This document shows, one piece after another, positions 1-10,046 of a stretch of DNA of 64,000 nt. This DNA comes from Rubripirellula sp. (GTDB lineage Bacteria; Planctomycetota; Planctomycetia; Pirellulales; Pirellulaceae). Position 1 is the first letter of the stretch. Each line of letters opens with the position of its first letter. The notes under the pieces are model-generated. The model saw nothing but the letters and a program-made list of their open reading frames with translations. It did not search any database and was not told the origin of the DNA. Position numbers and translations under genes: made by a program. The stretch covers positions 1,536,001 to 1,600,000 of the forward strand of contig OZ244207.1 in assembly GCA_965216875.1 (NCBI GenBank), written 5' to 3'.

Positions 1-1
1 C

Positions 2-1084
2 GCCAGCGGAATCCATTGTCCGCTTGTTGTGCGCATTCCTGAAAAGCTCAAGCACCTTTACCCAGCGGACAAGCCGGGGACGACAGTTGACCGTATCGTC
101 AGCTTCGTAGACATGCCCAAAACCTGGCTCAGTCTTGCCGGTGCCGAGATCCCCGAAACGTTTCAAGGCACTGTCTTCTTGGGCAAGAACGCGGAACCAG
201 CACCGCAATACCATTTCGGATTTCGGGAGCGAGCCGACGAACGATTGGATAGTGTTCGGATGGTTCGTGACGAGCGATTTGCCTATCACAAGAATTACAT
301 GCCCTACGCCCCTGCCGGGCAACACTTGGCCTACCTTTGGAAAGCTCCCGCGACGCCCGCTTGGGAACAGCACCACCGTGAGGGGAAGACAAACGATATC
401 ACGGGCCGTTTCTTTCGTCCCCGCGTCAGTGAAGAGTTTTACGACAACGACGCCGACTTTGATAACGTTCACAACCTGATCAACAAGGCCGAGCATCAAG
501 CCAAGATCGCTGAACTGAAAGCGGAGATGCGGCGCCAGCAGCTTGAGCTCTACGACTCGGGTCTGCTGCCGGAGAAGATGCGAGAGCGACGAGCCGCCGA
601 AAATGACATGACGATCTACGACATGATTCGTGATCCATCGCTCTACCCGCTCGCGAAATACCTCGATGCAGCCGATTTGGCCCTCGAACGCGATTCGAAG
701 CACTTGGCCACCTTCACTCAATGGCTCTCTGACGACGACGCCGGCATGCGATGGTGGGGGGTCGTTGGGCTTCATCTTCTCGAAGGCGATTCGGCCGCGT
801 CAAAAGCTCAGCTTACCGAAGCTCTCGATGACTCGGCGCATGAAATTCGGATGATGGCTGCGTGGACGTTGATCAAACTCGGCGAGAAAGAAAAGGCACT
901 GGCTTGCTTGGACAATCTGCTGTTTGAAGGGACGCACAACGAAATCATGTTGCAGAACGTAATTGATTGGATGGGCGAGCCTGGATTGCCGTTGGTCAAG
1001 AAGTTCGTCGAAAGCGGCCAGACGCGAAAAGGTAAATACGGCATCAGCATCTTTGGCCGTATCGCCGAGCTTCAAGGCTGGTAA
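2..1084 (+). CDS. Sulfatase (C-terminal part, 5' truncated) with C-terminal HEAT-like repeats
   Basis: Open frame from the window edge; sulfatase C-terminal motifs (VSFVDMPKTWLSLAG, RERADER, EEFYDNDADFDNVHNL) followed by HEAT-like helices (LSDDDAGMRWWG, ALDDSAHEIRMMAAW). Confidence 0.8.
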   Translation, partial: ASGIHCPLVVRIPEKLKHLYPADKPGTTVDRIVSFVDMPKTWLSLAGAEIPETFQGTVFLGKNAEPAPQYHFGFRERADERLDSVRMVRDERFAYHKNYMPYAPAGQHLAYLWKAPATPAWEQHHREGKTNDITGRFFRPRVSEEFYDNDADFDNVHNLINKAEHQAKIAELKAEMRRQQLELYDSGLLPEKMRERRAAENDMTIYDMIRDPSLYPLAKYLDAADLALERDSKHLATFTQWLSDDDAGMRWWGVVGLHLLEGDSAASKAQLTEALDDSAHEIRMMAAWTLIKLGEKEKALACLDNLLFEGTHNEIMLQNVIDWMGEPGLPLVKKFVESGQTRKGKYGISIFGRIAELQGW

Positions 1085-1087
1085 AGG

Positions 1088-1188
1088 CGAGGCCGGATCT
1101 AGGAGCGACAGCGACGCAGCTCCGGCAATCAACACAAAAACGTCCCCCATGCTGGATCAGCGTCGCTGCGCTCCTTGATCCGGCCTAC
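1088..1188. repeat. REPIN (inverted pair of ~39-bp GTAG-type REPs with a 22-bp spacer); left arm degenerate
   Basis: Right arm 1150-1188 matches the REP at 3635-3673 with one mismatch; left arm CGAGGCCGGATCTAGGAGCGACAGCGACGCAGCTCCGGCA is a diverged inverted copy. Confidence 0.85.
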
Positions 1189-1446
1189 GGCCCCGCGGCC
1201 GAGTCATCTCCAGCGCCCCTGCTCGGCCGGGGGACACTTGTGCATCATATAGATTCATGATGTCTTGGCGGTCGCAATGGCGTACCATCAATGCTTGCTG
1301 GCCTCTCCTCAAGGTCGCCCAAACACATCAAGCATGGTTGCCATTATCTATCCAAAATTCTGAGACACGAGATTAGCGAGCTGAACCCCGAGGAGATCCG
1401 CTGCCACGTCTGAAGCCCGACACACCACTTTGTGAGGTTCTGGAAG

Positions 1447-2667
1447 ATGAGAGTGCATCGATCGAGAAACGCGTTCACGTTGGTCGAACTGTTGGTTGTG
1501 ATTGCAATCATTGGGGTCTTGGTTGGGTTGCTTTTGCCTGCCGTTCAGGCGGCTCGCGAAGCAGCCCGACGAATGAGTTGCAGCAACAACTTCAAGCAAA
1601 TTGGCTTGGCGCTTCACAACTATCATTCGACCTACAAGCAGATCCCAAAGCACGGCACTGGCACAAATCCCACGCCCGCCGATGCTTGGTTTCGACCCTC
1701 TGACCTCGGCAACCGCTTTCGCCTGGGCGCTCTTGTTTCGATGACTCCATTCATTGAACAACAAGCACTTTGGGAACAGATCGTTTTCCAAAACGCAGCG
1801 CGCACCGACGGCGGCGTTCAAAACCCACCCTGGCCTGCGATGGGGCCGACACCTGACCGAATCCAGTACATTCCCTGGGTGAATGAGATTCCGACCTACC
1901 GATGTCCAAGCGATCCGGGCGTCGGGCTTCCAGCGTTGGGGCGAACGAATTACGCCGCCTGTTTGGGAGATTCGATGTGGTTGTTGCACGTTGCGCCCTA
2001 CAACAACAATCGAACGAGGATCACAAACGGACGGTACCGTCACGCCAGGGCGGCGCACCGCGGCTTCTTCCAGCCGTTCCAAGATGGCAGGTTCCGCGAT
2101 GTTCTTGATGGACTCTCGACCACCATCGCGATGGGCGAAATCATCACCGCACTTCAGGATGGCGACAAACGCGGCAACGGTGTGGCAACCAACGGGGGCA
2201 ACTCGGGGCCGTTCGGGTTTGCTGCTCTTCGCAACAATCCCTCGCTTTGTGAAGACAATGGCTATATCGACCCAGAACGCCCGCAGTTTTGGTTGCCTCA
2301 ATGGCAACAGCAAAATCGGCGGAATTTCGCACGAGGGCATCGCTGGGCAAGCGTTTATCCGATCATGACCGGCGTCCTCACCATTTTGCCACCGAATCGA
2401 GAAACATGTGGTCGGTACAATGCGTTGGGAACCACACTTGTCGCTCCGCCTTCGAGCCGGCATCAAGGTGGCGCCCATGTTTTGATGGGCGACGGCGCAG
2501 TGATCTTCATCTCCGATTCGATCGAAGCGGGCAACTCACGCGCTCCAATGGTTTGGCTCAATGGCACCGGCGATGCGGCACCAGGCGCGCCAAGTCCGTA
2601 TGGGCTCTGGGGTGCATTGGGAACACGTGATGGCAAAGAAACGATTGAAGAGGAGCTGAACCAATGA
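1447..2667 (+). CDS. DUF1559 prepilin-type N-methylation domain protein
   Basis: [55 protein letters not shown] and the H-X9-DG motif ([15 protein letters not shown]); ATG at 1447 preferred over GTG at 1432. Confidence 0.95.
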   Translation: MRVHRSRNAFTLVELLVVIAIIGVLVGLLLPAVQAAREAARRMSCSNNFKQIGLALHNYHSTYKQIPKHGTGTNPTPADAWFRPSDLGNRFRLGALVSMTPFIEQQALWEQIVFQNAARTDGGVQNPPWPAMGPTPDRIQYIPWVNEIPTYRCPSDPGVGLPALGRTNYAACLGDSMWLLHVAPYNNNRTRITNGRYRHARAAHRGFFQPFQDGRFRDVLDGLSTTIAMGEIITALQDGDKRGNGVATNGGNSGPFGFAALRNNPSLCEDNGYIDPERPQFWLPQWQQQNRRNFARGHRWASVYPIMTGVLTILPPNRETCGRYNALGTTLVAPPSSRHQGGAHVLMGDGAVIFISDSIEAGNSRAPMVWLNGTGDAAPGAPSPYGLWGALGTRDGKETIEEELNQ

Positions 2668-2852
2668 AACGCTTGAGCACGCTTGTTCTGATCAGCTTCG
2701 TCCTGGCGTTGGGTTGCGGTCGCAAAGAGAATCCGCTCGCAACCGACGGCGCGACTGCGGAAGACTTTGCCAAGTACGAAGCCGAGCTCGCCGCGGTCTC
2801 TGGCGGCGATAGCTACGAAGATGCCGAAGGAGGCGACGACGAAGTGGAGTGA
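2664..2852 (+). CDS. Small lipoprotein accompanying DUF1559
   Basis: ATGA overlap with the DUF1559 stop; signal peptide with lipobox-like LALGC; acidic tail. Confidence 0.75.
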   Translation: MKRLSTLVLISFVLALGCGRKENPLATDGATAEDFAKYEAELAAVSGGDSYEDAEGGDDEVE

Positions 2853-2862
2853 CGGTTCTGCT

Positions 2863-2962
2863 GTAGGCCGGATCAAGGAGCGCAGCGACGCTGATCCGGC
2901 ACGCAACACGAACTCGCTCACGATGCCGGATCAGCATCGCTGCGCTCCTTGATCCGGCCTAC
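2863..2962. repeat. REPIN: GTAGGCCGGATCAAGGAGCGCAGCGACGCTGATCCGGCA, 22-bp spacer, inverted copy
   Basis: Arms at 2863-2901 and 2924-2962; each is a GTAG followed by an imperfect palindrome; flanks the RAYT 3' end. Confidence 0.95.
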
Positions 2963-3510
2963 GGTTCACCCCAGTCGTCGTCGAGGCCGGTCAGCGCCTT
3001 CCCTCCCCAGTCGATGTCATATTGCCCTTGTTCGACAAACCGATGAAACGACGACCAATTCCAGTCGCGTACGCGCTCGACGAGCTGGTGTCTCCGGGGA
3101 TTCCAATGAATGTAGTCGGCACAGCGTTCAAGATCTTCTTCGTCGGCGACGGTGTGTTCCCAGAATCGCGGCTGCCAGATGCCGCGTTCCCCACGGACAC
3201 GCTGGGACTGGGTAACTTGTGGTTCCGCTAATCCAGAATCGAGCCATTGCCTCGTGAACTCAGATTTGATCTGTCGCAGCCGCAACGAATAGCGATCGTC
3301 GCCCGGTGGCAATTGCATAATCAGATGCCAATGATCTGGCAGCAGCACGGTTGCCACGAGGGCGAAGGGATGACGCTGCTTTACCGACACAATGGCTTTG
3401 TGGAGGAACAGGCGGCCAGATGCTGTCGTGAGGATTCTTCGCCGTCCGTAGATCACCAACGTGAAGAAGTATGTACCGCCTGGTACGAAGTACCTGCGAA
3501 AGTCTGACAT
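2959..3510 (-). mobile_element. rayT: REP-associated tyrosine transposase (RAYT/TnpA-REP, IS200/IS605 Y1 HUH family)
   Basis: MSDFRR..PGGTYFFT, HUH motif LPDHWH, ERGIWQPRFWEH, catalytic YIHWNP, DWNWSSFH; REPINs on both sides. Confidence 0.95.
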
Positions 3511-3573
3511 GATCGGGTGCCCCGTTGCGTACGCCATGCCGTCAATAGCATCCCCAATATAGCTGGAATCGCC

Positions 3574-3673
3574 GTAGGCCGGATCAAGGAGCGCAGCGAC
3601 GCTGATCCGGCACGCAGAAAAGTGGATTTGGAAATGCCGGATCAGCGTCGCTGCGCTCCTTGATCCGGCCTAC
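3574..3673. repeat. REPIN (perfect inverted pair of 39-bp REPs, 22-bp spacer)
   Basis: Arms at 3574-3612 and 3635-3673; left arm identical to 2863-2901. Confidence 0.95.
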
Positions 3674-3761
3674 CTTGCTATGTTGCTTGGATGTTGGGCG
3701 GGATTACATTCTCGAAGTCGTTCGCCGCCGCTTCATTCTCATCTCCCCTTTCTAAAACGTC

Positions 3762-5129
3762 ATGATGACCGAGCCACATCCAGCGGAACCTGCAGACGAA
3801 CTTCGCGACGCCATCGAAGCTGCTGACGCCGAGGCCGCGGAATCGTGCCTCGAGGAAATCTCGTCCAGCGAGTCTGCGCTGGCAGTGACAAGACTTGACG
3901 ACAAGAGCCAAACGGAACTTCTCACAATGCTGCCTGCTGAAAGTGCGGCCCAATTGCTTGAGGAGTTACCCGAATCGGAGTCAGCGGAAATCGTTCGGCA
4001 CCTACCTTCGGACGATGCGGCCGAGATTCTGGATGTCGTTCGAAGCGATGCGCAAGCCGATATTCTTGGGCGACTGCCCGAAACGGAAGCGGAAGCCATT
4101 CTCAATGAGATGTCGCCCGAGCATGCAGAGGATGCGCGGCAGCTCATGCAGTATGATCCGCAAACGGCCGGCGGGCTGATGGTGCGCGAGTACCTGCACT
4201 ACCGCAAGGAGGAGACGGTCAACGACGTGTTTACCGATCTGCGCGGTAACGCCGATCGTTACCGATCCTACGACGTACAGTATGGCTACGTGCTGTCATC
4301 GGACGATCACCTCGTTGGCGTACTGCGTCTGCGAGATATGTTACTGGCCGACGGCGACGATCAACTCGCGAATTTGATGATCGAAGCTCCCTTGCATGTC
4401 GCGACGAACGATGACCTCAGCAGTCTTAGCGCGTTTTTCGATCGTTACGATTTTCTTGGTGTGCCGGTCGTCGATGACCAGCGACGAATCGTTGGCGTGC
4501 TCCGCCAGAGCGATGTTCGGGAAGCGGTTGCCGAATCAGCTGACCGAACCCTCTTGAAGTTGACCGGTATTTCAGGTGGCGAGGAATTGCGCACCATGCC
4601 GCTTCGCGCCCGAAGCACCCGGCGACTCTCTTGGCTTAGTATCAACATCGTGTTGAATATCATCGCCGCCAGTGTGATCGCAATGTATCAAGAGACACTT
4701 GAGGCTGTGATCGCGTTGGCCGTCTTTCTGCCGATCATTTCTGATATGAGCGGCTGCAGTGGCAACCAAGCGGTCGCAGTCAGCATGCGAGAACTTTCAC
4801 TCGGGCTCATTCGTCCAAACGAATACTTGCGCGTGCTCTGGAAAGAATCGGCAGTCGGGATCGTCAACGGCATCGCCCTCGGCCTGTTGCTTGGGACCGT
4901 GGCGATCCTTTGGAAAGGTATCCCGGCGCTGGGATTGGTTGTGGCGTTGGCGCTGATGGGCAACACAATCATCGCCGTTTGTATCGGCGGCAGCGTTCCA
5001 CTTTTGCTCAAAGGGTTGAATCAGGATCCTGCGCTTGCTTCGGGGCCGATCCTTACCACGGTGACCGATATGTGCGGATTCTTCTTGGTGCTTTCTCTCG
5101 CGACATTGATGCTGCCGATGTTGACCTAG
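3762..5129 (+). CDS. mgtE: Magnesium transporter MgtE
   Basis: MgtE_N helical domain, TAGGLM CBS pair, TM domain with RRLSWL, PIISDMSGCSGNQ and DPALASGPILTTVTD. Confidence 0.95.
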   Translation: MMTEPHPAEPADELRDAIEAADAEAAESCLEEISSSESALAVTRLDDKSQTELLTMLPAESAAQLLEELPESESAEIVRHLPSDDAAEILDVVRSDAQADILGRLPETEAEAILNEMSPEHAEDARQLMQYDPQTAGGLMVREYLHYRKEETVNDVFTDLRGNADRYRSYDVQYGYVLSSDDHLVGVLRLRDMLLADGDDQLANLMIEAPLHVATNDDLSSLSAFFDRYDFLGVPVVDDQRRIVGVLRQSDVREAVAESADRTLLKLTGISGGEELRTMPLRARSTRRLSWLSINIVLNIIAASVIAMYQETLEAVIALAVFLPIISDMSGCSGNQAVAVSMRELSLGLIRPNEYLRVLWKESAVGIVNGIALGLLLGTVAILWKGIPALGLVVALALMGNTIIAVCIGGSVPLLLKGLNQDPALASGPILTTVTDMCGFFLVLSLATLMLPMLT

Positions 5130-5154
5130 CCAGGTGTTGACCGGAGGCTGGCAG

Positions 5155-6348
5155 CTATGGCGAAGCGCCGGAGGGTCCTGAAGACTTTCGACGCGGCCAG
5201 ACCACCAACGCGAAAGCAAACGCAGCCAACATTCCAAGCGAAACCGCGCCTATTGTTTTCGCAGAATACGACGAACTGGTATCGGCCGACGGGGCCGGAT
5301 CAGGCGACGGGGCCGGATCAGGCGACGGGGCCAGATCGGTCGAGTCCGCGTCGCCGCCACTTGGGATCGCTAGAAGTTGCGGATCGGTGATGGCCATCGA
5401 TTCGGCAACCACCACGTGATCACCGAGCAACTGTTGCCAGTTCGCGGCGATCATGACATCGATTCCTGGGTTAAGCGATTTGACGCTGCAACTGCATTCT
5501 TCAAACAGGTAGCTGCAGACGGAAACGACGGATGCTTCGCTGAATTCGGATTGCGACAGAGGTTCGATCATGCGTCCTCGGCCGAAAATGGGTATTGCAA
5601 AGGGTGGACGCGTGTCGCCGGCGATCCCGTCGGCCATTGCTTTGAGTGCGAGTTCGTTTGGATCATCGTTGCGAAGAACCACGGTCGCAAATTTGACTTG
5701 CAAAGGAATGTCGCAGCGCAGCACATCGTCCATCGAAGCCGACGGGTCTTCTTGCAGAACGCGGGCTGCGTCCTGCCGTTTGATCGCGCCCGCCGGGATG
5801 GAAAGCTGCGACTCTGCCTTGGCAAGGGCTTGGTTGAGACGCGAGCGGAATTGATTGTTCTCGGAAGGATCAGGCCCCTCGATGACGACCCAAACCGCAG
5901 AAGCACCTGACCCAAGTTCGGCGACAATTTGCTCCCGCACAGGAGACGATTGCCAGCGCCGAATGTTGCTGGTGGTCAAATCGCCCGTCCAGCAAATCTG
6001 TCGTTGCTTTGCGTCATTCTCGGGATAAAAGACTTGCAGCATCGGCGCGTCGTCGGTGCTGGCCAAGCCCTCGACCGACCAAAGTTCGGCATCGGTCAGC
6101 TTTGCAAGGTCGATCACCTCAACATTGACGTTAAGGCGTCGGCGGTCGATCGCCTCAAGCTCTCGTAGCGCGACTTGGACGCTTTCGCTTGGCTCGCCGT
6201 TGACGATCGCGACCATGCTGTAGTTGTCAGCGGGCCACCGCTCAAGCGCGTAGCGAAAGACCGGGATCTTGCAGGCATGCGCGATACTCAAGGAAACGAG
6301 CCAGGTGCCTAGTAGAACGGAAAGGAAAAGGGAAGAACGTTTCATCAT
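5155..6348 (-). CDS. Conserved secreted, C-terminally anchored hypothetical protein (CxxPVFRYALERW type)
   Basis: Start 6348 overlaps the upstream stop (ATGA); signal peptide; CKIPVFRYALERW and CSCSVKSLNPGID motifs; Pro-rich linker; C-terminal TM helix plus RRK. Confidence 0.75.
   Translation of the reverse strand: MMKRSSLFLSVLLGTWLVSLSIAHACKIPVFRYALERWPADNYSMVAIVNGEPSESVQVALRELEAIDRRRLNVNVEVIDLAKLTDAELWSVEGLASTDDAPMLQVFYPENDAKQRQICWTGDLTTSNIRRWQSSPVREQIVAELGSGASAVWVVIEGPDPSENNQFRSRLNQALAKAESQLSIPAGAIKRQDAARVLQEDPSASMDDVLRCDIPLQVKFATVVLRNDDPNELALKAMADGIAGDTRPPFAIPIFGRGRMIEPLSQSEFSEASVVSVCSYLFEECSCSVKSLNPGIDVMIAANWQQLLGDHVVVAESMAITDPQLLAIPSGGDADSTDLAPSPDPAPSPDPAPSADTSSSYSAKTIGAVSLGMLAAFAFALVVWPRRKSSGPSGASP
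5287..5338. repeat. 18-bp coding tandem repeat (~3 copies; APSPDP linker)
   Basis: CGACGGGGCCGGATCAGG twice plus a partial copy. Confidence 0.85.
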
Positions 6349-7712
6349 CGAGCCGAAAACGCGTAGATGTGCCCCTGGCCCGTGCTCACAAAAAGCATCT
6401 CTTGGGCGACGGCTAATCCGTGGGCGACCCCTTCGACATCGTGACGCCATTGCAATTTGCCACTTTCGGCATCGTAGGCACGCACTTCGTGGTTGAGTCC
6501 GACGATGATCGAGTTTGCTGTCTTGATCAATCCACTCGGTGGTGGGCAGGCAACTTCCCATCGCCACGCGGCGGCTTGTCTCTTCGTCGCCTCGTTGAGT
6601 GCCGCTTGCGCTTTCTCTTTAATGTTGCCGTCGGTCACCTTTTTGTCCCCGAGGATCTGACGGTTCGTCGCTGCATCGATTTGGGCTTGAACGTATTGAG
6701 ACCGACTGAGGCGTTTCAACTGGTCGGCGATCGGCACCCACGCATCATCACCGTCGACGAGGATTCGGTTGGCACCACTAAAGGTTGCAACGTGTTGCCG
6801 ATCGTCGGCGGTTGCGACGCGCACTTGTTCGTCATTGGCCCGTTGGTGTTGCGGTCCCGCCAAAAGCATTTCATCCTCGGTCAACACACAGAAGACTCCG
6901 CCCGCTTCACCGATCGCACCAAGAGGTTTTCCATTGTCGATGTCAAACGTGAGCGGCGCGGCACGGCCCTGAGGCACGTAGATGCGTTTCGATGAAGCAA
7001 GGAGAGCGCCCTGCAGCGTGACGCCCGATAGATCTCGCTGGAAGCAACCATCACCGTCGACGCTGCCGTCACTCGCATCGACACTCCACAGATACGAGGG
7101 TTCCCACGGAACGAGTGAAGCTGCAAACGATGCCGTTCCGCCGCGCAGCATCACTGTCGTCCGTACCGGCCACATCGAAATGATCTTACGGTTGCTGGTG
7201 ATGTGGCGGTTGTTGGGCGACGCGCTGCGTTTCCAAACAACGTTGCCGGTTTGTTGGTCGCAACAGTAGACGTGCCCGTCGTCGGACCCAAAATAGGCGC
7301 GGCCCGAATCCAACGTGGGTGGCAAACGTACCGCTGAATCAGTGAAGCAGACCCATTGTTCGTCACCGGTTGCCGCATCGAGTGCATGAACTGCGTCGTC
7401 GACTGAAGAACCGAAAAAGACGAGCCCATTTTCTGCGGTGACATAAAAACAGGGATCAAAGTTCCGCATCGACTGCAGACCGCTGTTCGTCGAATAGGCA
7501 TCCCACTTGGCAGGCCCCGTCCATGCCATTTGCGGTCGGTGTTTTGAACGCCGGACCCAAGTTTGTCGCAGCGGGAAATCGAGACGGTCGGTCGTCACGC
7601 CGCTGCGACGATTGTCGTGGCGATAGGTCGGCCAATCTTCAGCGAGTGATGCATTGCACGCGACCAACGAAGCGAAAAGTGCGAACAGGATGCCTCGATT
7701 TCGCTGCATCAT
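6345..7712 (-). CDS. PQQ-binding-like beta-propeller (BamB-like) protein
   Basis: Signal peptide; DWPTYRHDNRRSG; repeated ALDAATGDEQW and AYDAESGKLQW. Confidence 0.85.
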   Translation of the reverse strand: MMQRNRGILFALFASLVACNASLAEDWPTYRHDNRRSGVTTDRLDFPLRQTWVRRSKHRPQMAWTGPAKWDAYSTNSGLQSMRNFDPCFYVTAENGLVFFGSSVDDAVHALDAATGDEQWVCFTDSAVRLPPTLDSGRAYFGSDDGHVYCCDQQTGNVVWKRSASPNNRHITSNRKIISMWPVRTTVMLRGGTASFAASLVPWEPSYLWSVDASDGSVDGDGCFQRDLSGVTLQGALLASSKRIYVPQGRAAPLTFDIDNGKPLGAIGEAGGVFCVLTEDEMLLAGPQHQRANDEQVRVATADDRQHVATFSGANRILVDGDDAWVPIADQLKRLSRSQYVQAQIDAATNRQILGDKKVTDGNIKEKAQAALNEATKRQAAAWRWEVACPPPSGLIKTANSIIVGLNHEVRAYDAESGKLQWRHDVEGVAHGLAVAQEMLFVSTGQGHIYAFSAR

Positions 7713-9886
7713 TTTTCACTCCCTTCGAGGTCCGGCATCGGAGCGAAACCAATCGATGTTTCCATCCAGCCACCGCAAGAACATCCGCCGCCCCCTTCGG
7801 GCGAAAAGAGCATGCCTTGGGCAGGGACTGTACTGAGCCAACAACTGGGACGTAACCGTGCGAACTCGCTGCGGCTATCATTCTTGAGCGACCAGAGACT
7901 GAGTGGTCCCGATCCGCCGCGATAGATGATTGAATTTCCCGCACCGATTGGCGTTGCGCATCCGCGACGTTTGCCGAGCGTTCCCGATTTGACGATTTGG
8001 CCGTTGGTCGCATCAAGGATGTGAGGCTGAACAAAGAGCTGCCCATTCATCAAGACGGCGTGTTGAACGTGAGCGCCGTGATGGTCCTCAGGCCAGGCGA
8101 CTGACCGAGTCCACCGCGGCTGGCCTGAATCGGCTGTCATCGAGACGAAGTGAAAAGCGTTCTTGCCGGAGGTCTGCAAAATGAACTGTTCGTCATCTGC
8201 GATCCCAAAGCTAACGATTGCCTCGTGATCTTGCGGCGGTACTTTGGCTTTCCATAACTCTTCACCAGTCGTGAGGTCGAGGCAAACGACCGATGCGGCG
8301 TGCCAGAGCTTGGCGTTCTCGAGTTTTGACGATTCGAGTTCTCGCAGTGACGGGTCGTCGATCTGGACGAAGTAGATCTTGTTGCCGTTGATGGTGATTG
8401 TGGAGTTCACGATCGCATCGGCGGCATGCTGCCACTCAATACTGCCGTACGCTTTGTCGTATCCGACGACGAGGTTGCTGCAAACCTTGGCGGTTGCTGC
8501 ATCGTCTTTGCCATCGTACCACGCCGCTTTGTTCCAAAAGGTCGAATACGCGCTCCCCTGCTTGACCGCTGTTCCCACCACGCGATCGTCTGTCACCGCG
8601 ACATAACCCCACTGATACCCTTGTTGCCGTTCCTCGGGCAAATACAAAGTCCGCTCGACGTTTCCATTGGCGGCATCGATCATCCATAGCTTGTCTCGAA
8701 CCGCAGCAAAAACGTTCGTTTCATCGGCGCACCAATTGGCTGAATCACGGGGGATGTTGACGCGTCGCAGGTCTGGTATTTCGAGCGACCACAGCACCGC
8801 ACCGTTGAAAGCGTCGAGTGCGATCACCCGGTTCATGCCTTGGTGGAACAGCCGACCACCGACGGCCAGCGGCGCGGGCATGCGCGGGTTACGATCAATT
8901 CCAAAGTCAGCGCCCGGTTTACCAAGCCACTTGACCTTCAGTTCACTCGCATCATCAACACCGCCCAACGTCTCGCCCGAATAGGACGTGTTGGCAGCCG
9001 AGCCATATTGGTGGCCCCAAGCGGGCAGGGAAGGAGGATCAGAACGTGTACCGACTTGCCCTTGGCTCGGTGAGACTCCCGCGATCTCGACCCATTCGAA
9101 TCCCGCGTCGTGTGGCGGGCTGCCCAGGGAAATGACTTTGCCCAGCGGCGCAAGAAGATCGGCGACTTTCGCAATGTCATCCTTCGGCGCGACCAAGATA
9201 TTTGCAAAGGATTTTGGCAGTGCATCGAGTCGCTTGACATTCAACCGGATGCCGTAATCCTCGTCGGCGTACCAGGAGGCTCGAAGCGACTGCTGAAGTG
9301 ATTCATCGTTGGTCGCATAGACGACCGTCATCGAGGTTTCCGATGCGATCAATTTGGCCCAGTCTGGATTGACGCCATCGACCACAACAGCGAACCCACC
9401 TCGTTGAGGTAAGTGTTTGACAATGGCGCGAGGAACGCTGGCGTTTACCTTTGTCTTGACTACGGGTGGCGCATAATTCATCGCACCTTCGAGTTGAAAG
9501 ATATCACTAAACAAGCGCGTGCTGTCGCGCCGAATTCCGAAGCGGTACCAATAGTCTTTGCCCGGAATCAGTTGGTCAACGATGACGGTGTGAACGGTGT
9601 CCTTCGATTTCGAAACGGCAAGCATGCCCATTCTGCGCGTCGGCCCATAAGCGAGGACCGATGGTCCCGGCGCGTCGGTTTCCCATCGAAACTCGGCCGA
9701 TGTGGGGGTGAGAAAGCGGACGCTCGGATTGACCTGCAACGATTCGGATTGAGAATTGCTTCGCTTGGGCTCGGGGGACTCATCGGCAAACAACGGGCAC
9801 CACGCAACGAGCGAGCCTATCGCAAAAAGAAAGGTGCTCGTTGCTGCACGAAAGTTATCGTGGGACCTTCGAAACCTGGCGGGCAC
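7709..9886 (-). CDS. PQQ-binding-like beta-propeller protein with an N-terminal FN3-like domain and Cys-rich C-terminus
   Basis: WGHQYGSAAN, ALDAFNGAVLW, CLDLTTGEELW; C-terminal RRGCATP, RPSCW and GGGCSC; ATGA overlap with the next gene. Confidence 0.85.
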   Translation of the reverse strand: MPARFRRSHDNFRAATSTFLFAIGSLVAWCPLFADESPEPKRSNSQSESLQVNPSVRFLTPTSAEFRWETDAPGPSVLAYGPTRRMGMLAVSKSKDTVHTVIVDQLIPGKDYWYRFGIRRDSTRLFSDIFQLEGAMNYAPPVVKTKVNASVPRAIVKHLPQRGGFAVVVDGVNPDWAKLIASETSMTVVYATNDESLQQSLRASWYADEDYGIRLNVKRLDALPKSFANILVAPKDDIAKVADLLAPLGKVISLGSPPHDAGFEWVEIAGVSPSQGQVGTRSDPPSLPAWGHQYGSAANTSYSGETLGGVDDASELKVKWLGKPGADFGIDRNPRMPAPLAVGGRLFHQGMNRVIALDAFNGAVLWSLEIPDLRRVNIPRDSANWCADETNVFAAVRDKLWMIDAANGNVERTLYLPEERQQGYQWGYVAVTDDRVVGTAVKQGSAYSTFWNKAAWYDGKDDAATAKVCSNLVVGYDKAYGSIEWQHAADAIVNSTITINGNKIYFVQIDDPSLRELESSKLENAKLWHAASVVCLDLTTGEELWKAKVPPQDHEAIVSFGIADDEQFILQTSGKNAFHFVSMTADSGQPRWTRSVAWPEDHHGAHVQHAVLMNGQLFVQPHILDATNGQIVKSGTLGKRRGCATPIGAGNSIIYRGGSGPLSLWSLKNDSRSEFARLRPSCWLSTVPAQGMLFSPEGGGGCSCGGWMETSIGFAPMPDLEGSEK

Positions 9887-9934
9887 AACAAGCCTTTCTG
9901 GTCAGAGACAGACAACGGAACACAGGGGAGGGCG

Positions 9935-10033
9935 CCGCAGCTGCGCTCGCCATCACGATGGGTGGGACTGCCCTTTCGGGCAAATGGCAGCAACGCCCTT
10001 TCGGGGAAAAGGCAGCAACGAGGACAGCTACGG
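9935..10033 (-). ncRNA. Candidate structured cis-regulatory leader RNA (unassigned family)
   Basis: Closing helix CCGUAGCUG/CAGCUGCGG, two CCC-GAAA-GGG hairpins inside a 25-bp tandem repeat, and a CCAUC/GAUGG hairpin, just downstream of an extended -10 box. Confidence 0.45.
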
Positions 10034-10046
10034 AGGGGATGCGAAT

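Noticed and set aside
1243..1262. CATCAT-N8-ATGATG palindrome upstream of DUF1559
   Set aside because: A single short palindrome with no second copy or candidate regulator; could be chance
1348..2478. Long antisense ORFs (also 26897-27904, 52395-53783, 56018-56872, 56915-57850, 58643-59572)
   Set aside because: Shadow frames of well-supported genes in GC-rich DNA, with no recognisable motifs
2959..3510. Ordinary IS200/IS605 insertion sequence
   Set aside because: No tnpB; flanking GTAG REP pairs and protein motifs fit RAYT
5287..5338. Coding repeat derived from the RAYT REP (GGCCGGATCAGG)
   Set aside because: The match is only ~12 nt and is explained by Pro/Asp codons in a linker
9935..10033. 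NiCo-like riboswitch read on the plus strand (ends GAGGACAGC)
   Set aside because: Resemblance is loose and no plus-strand gene follows; GNRA loops and the promoter favour the minus strand. An Rfam scan is needed to settle it
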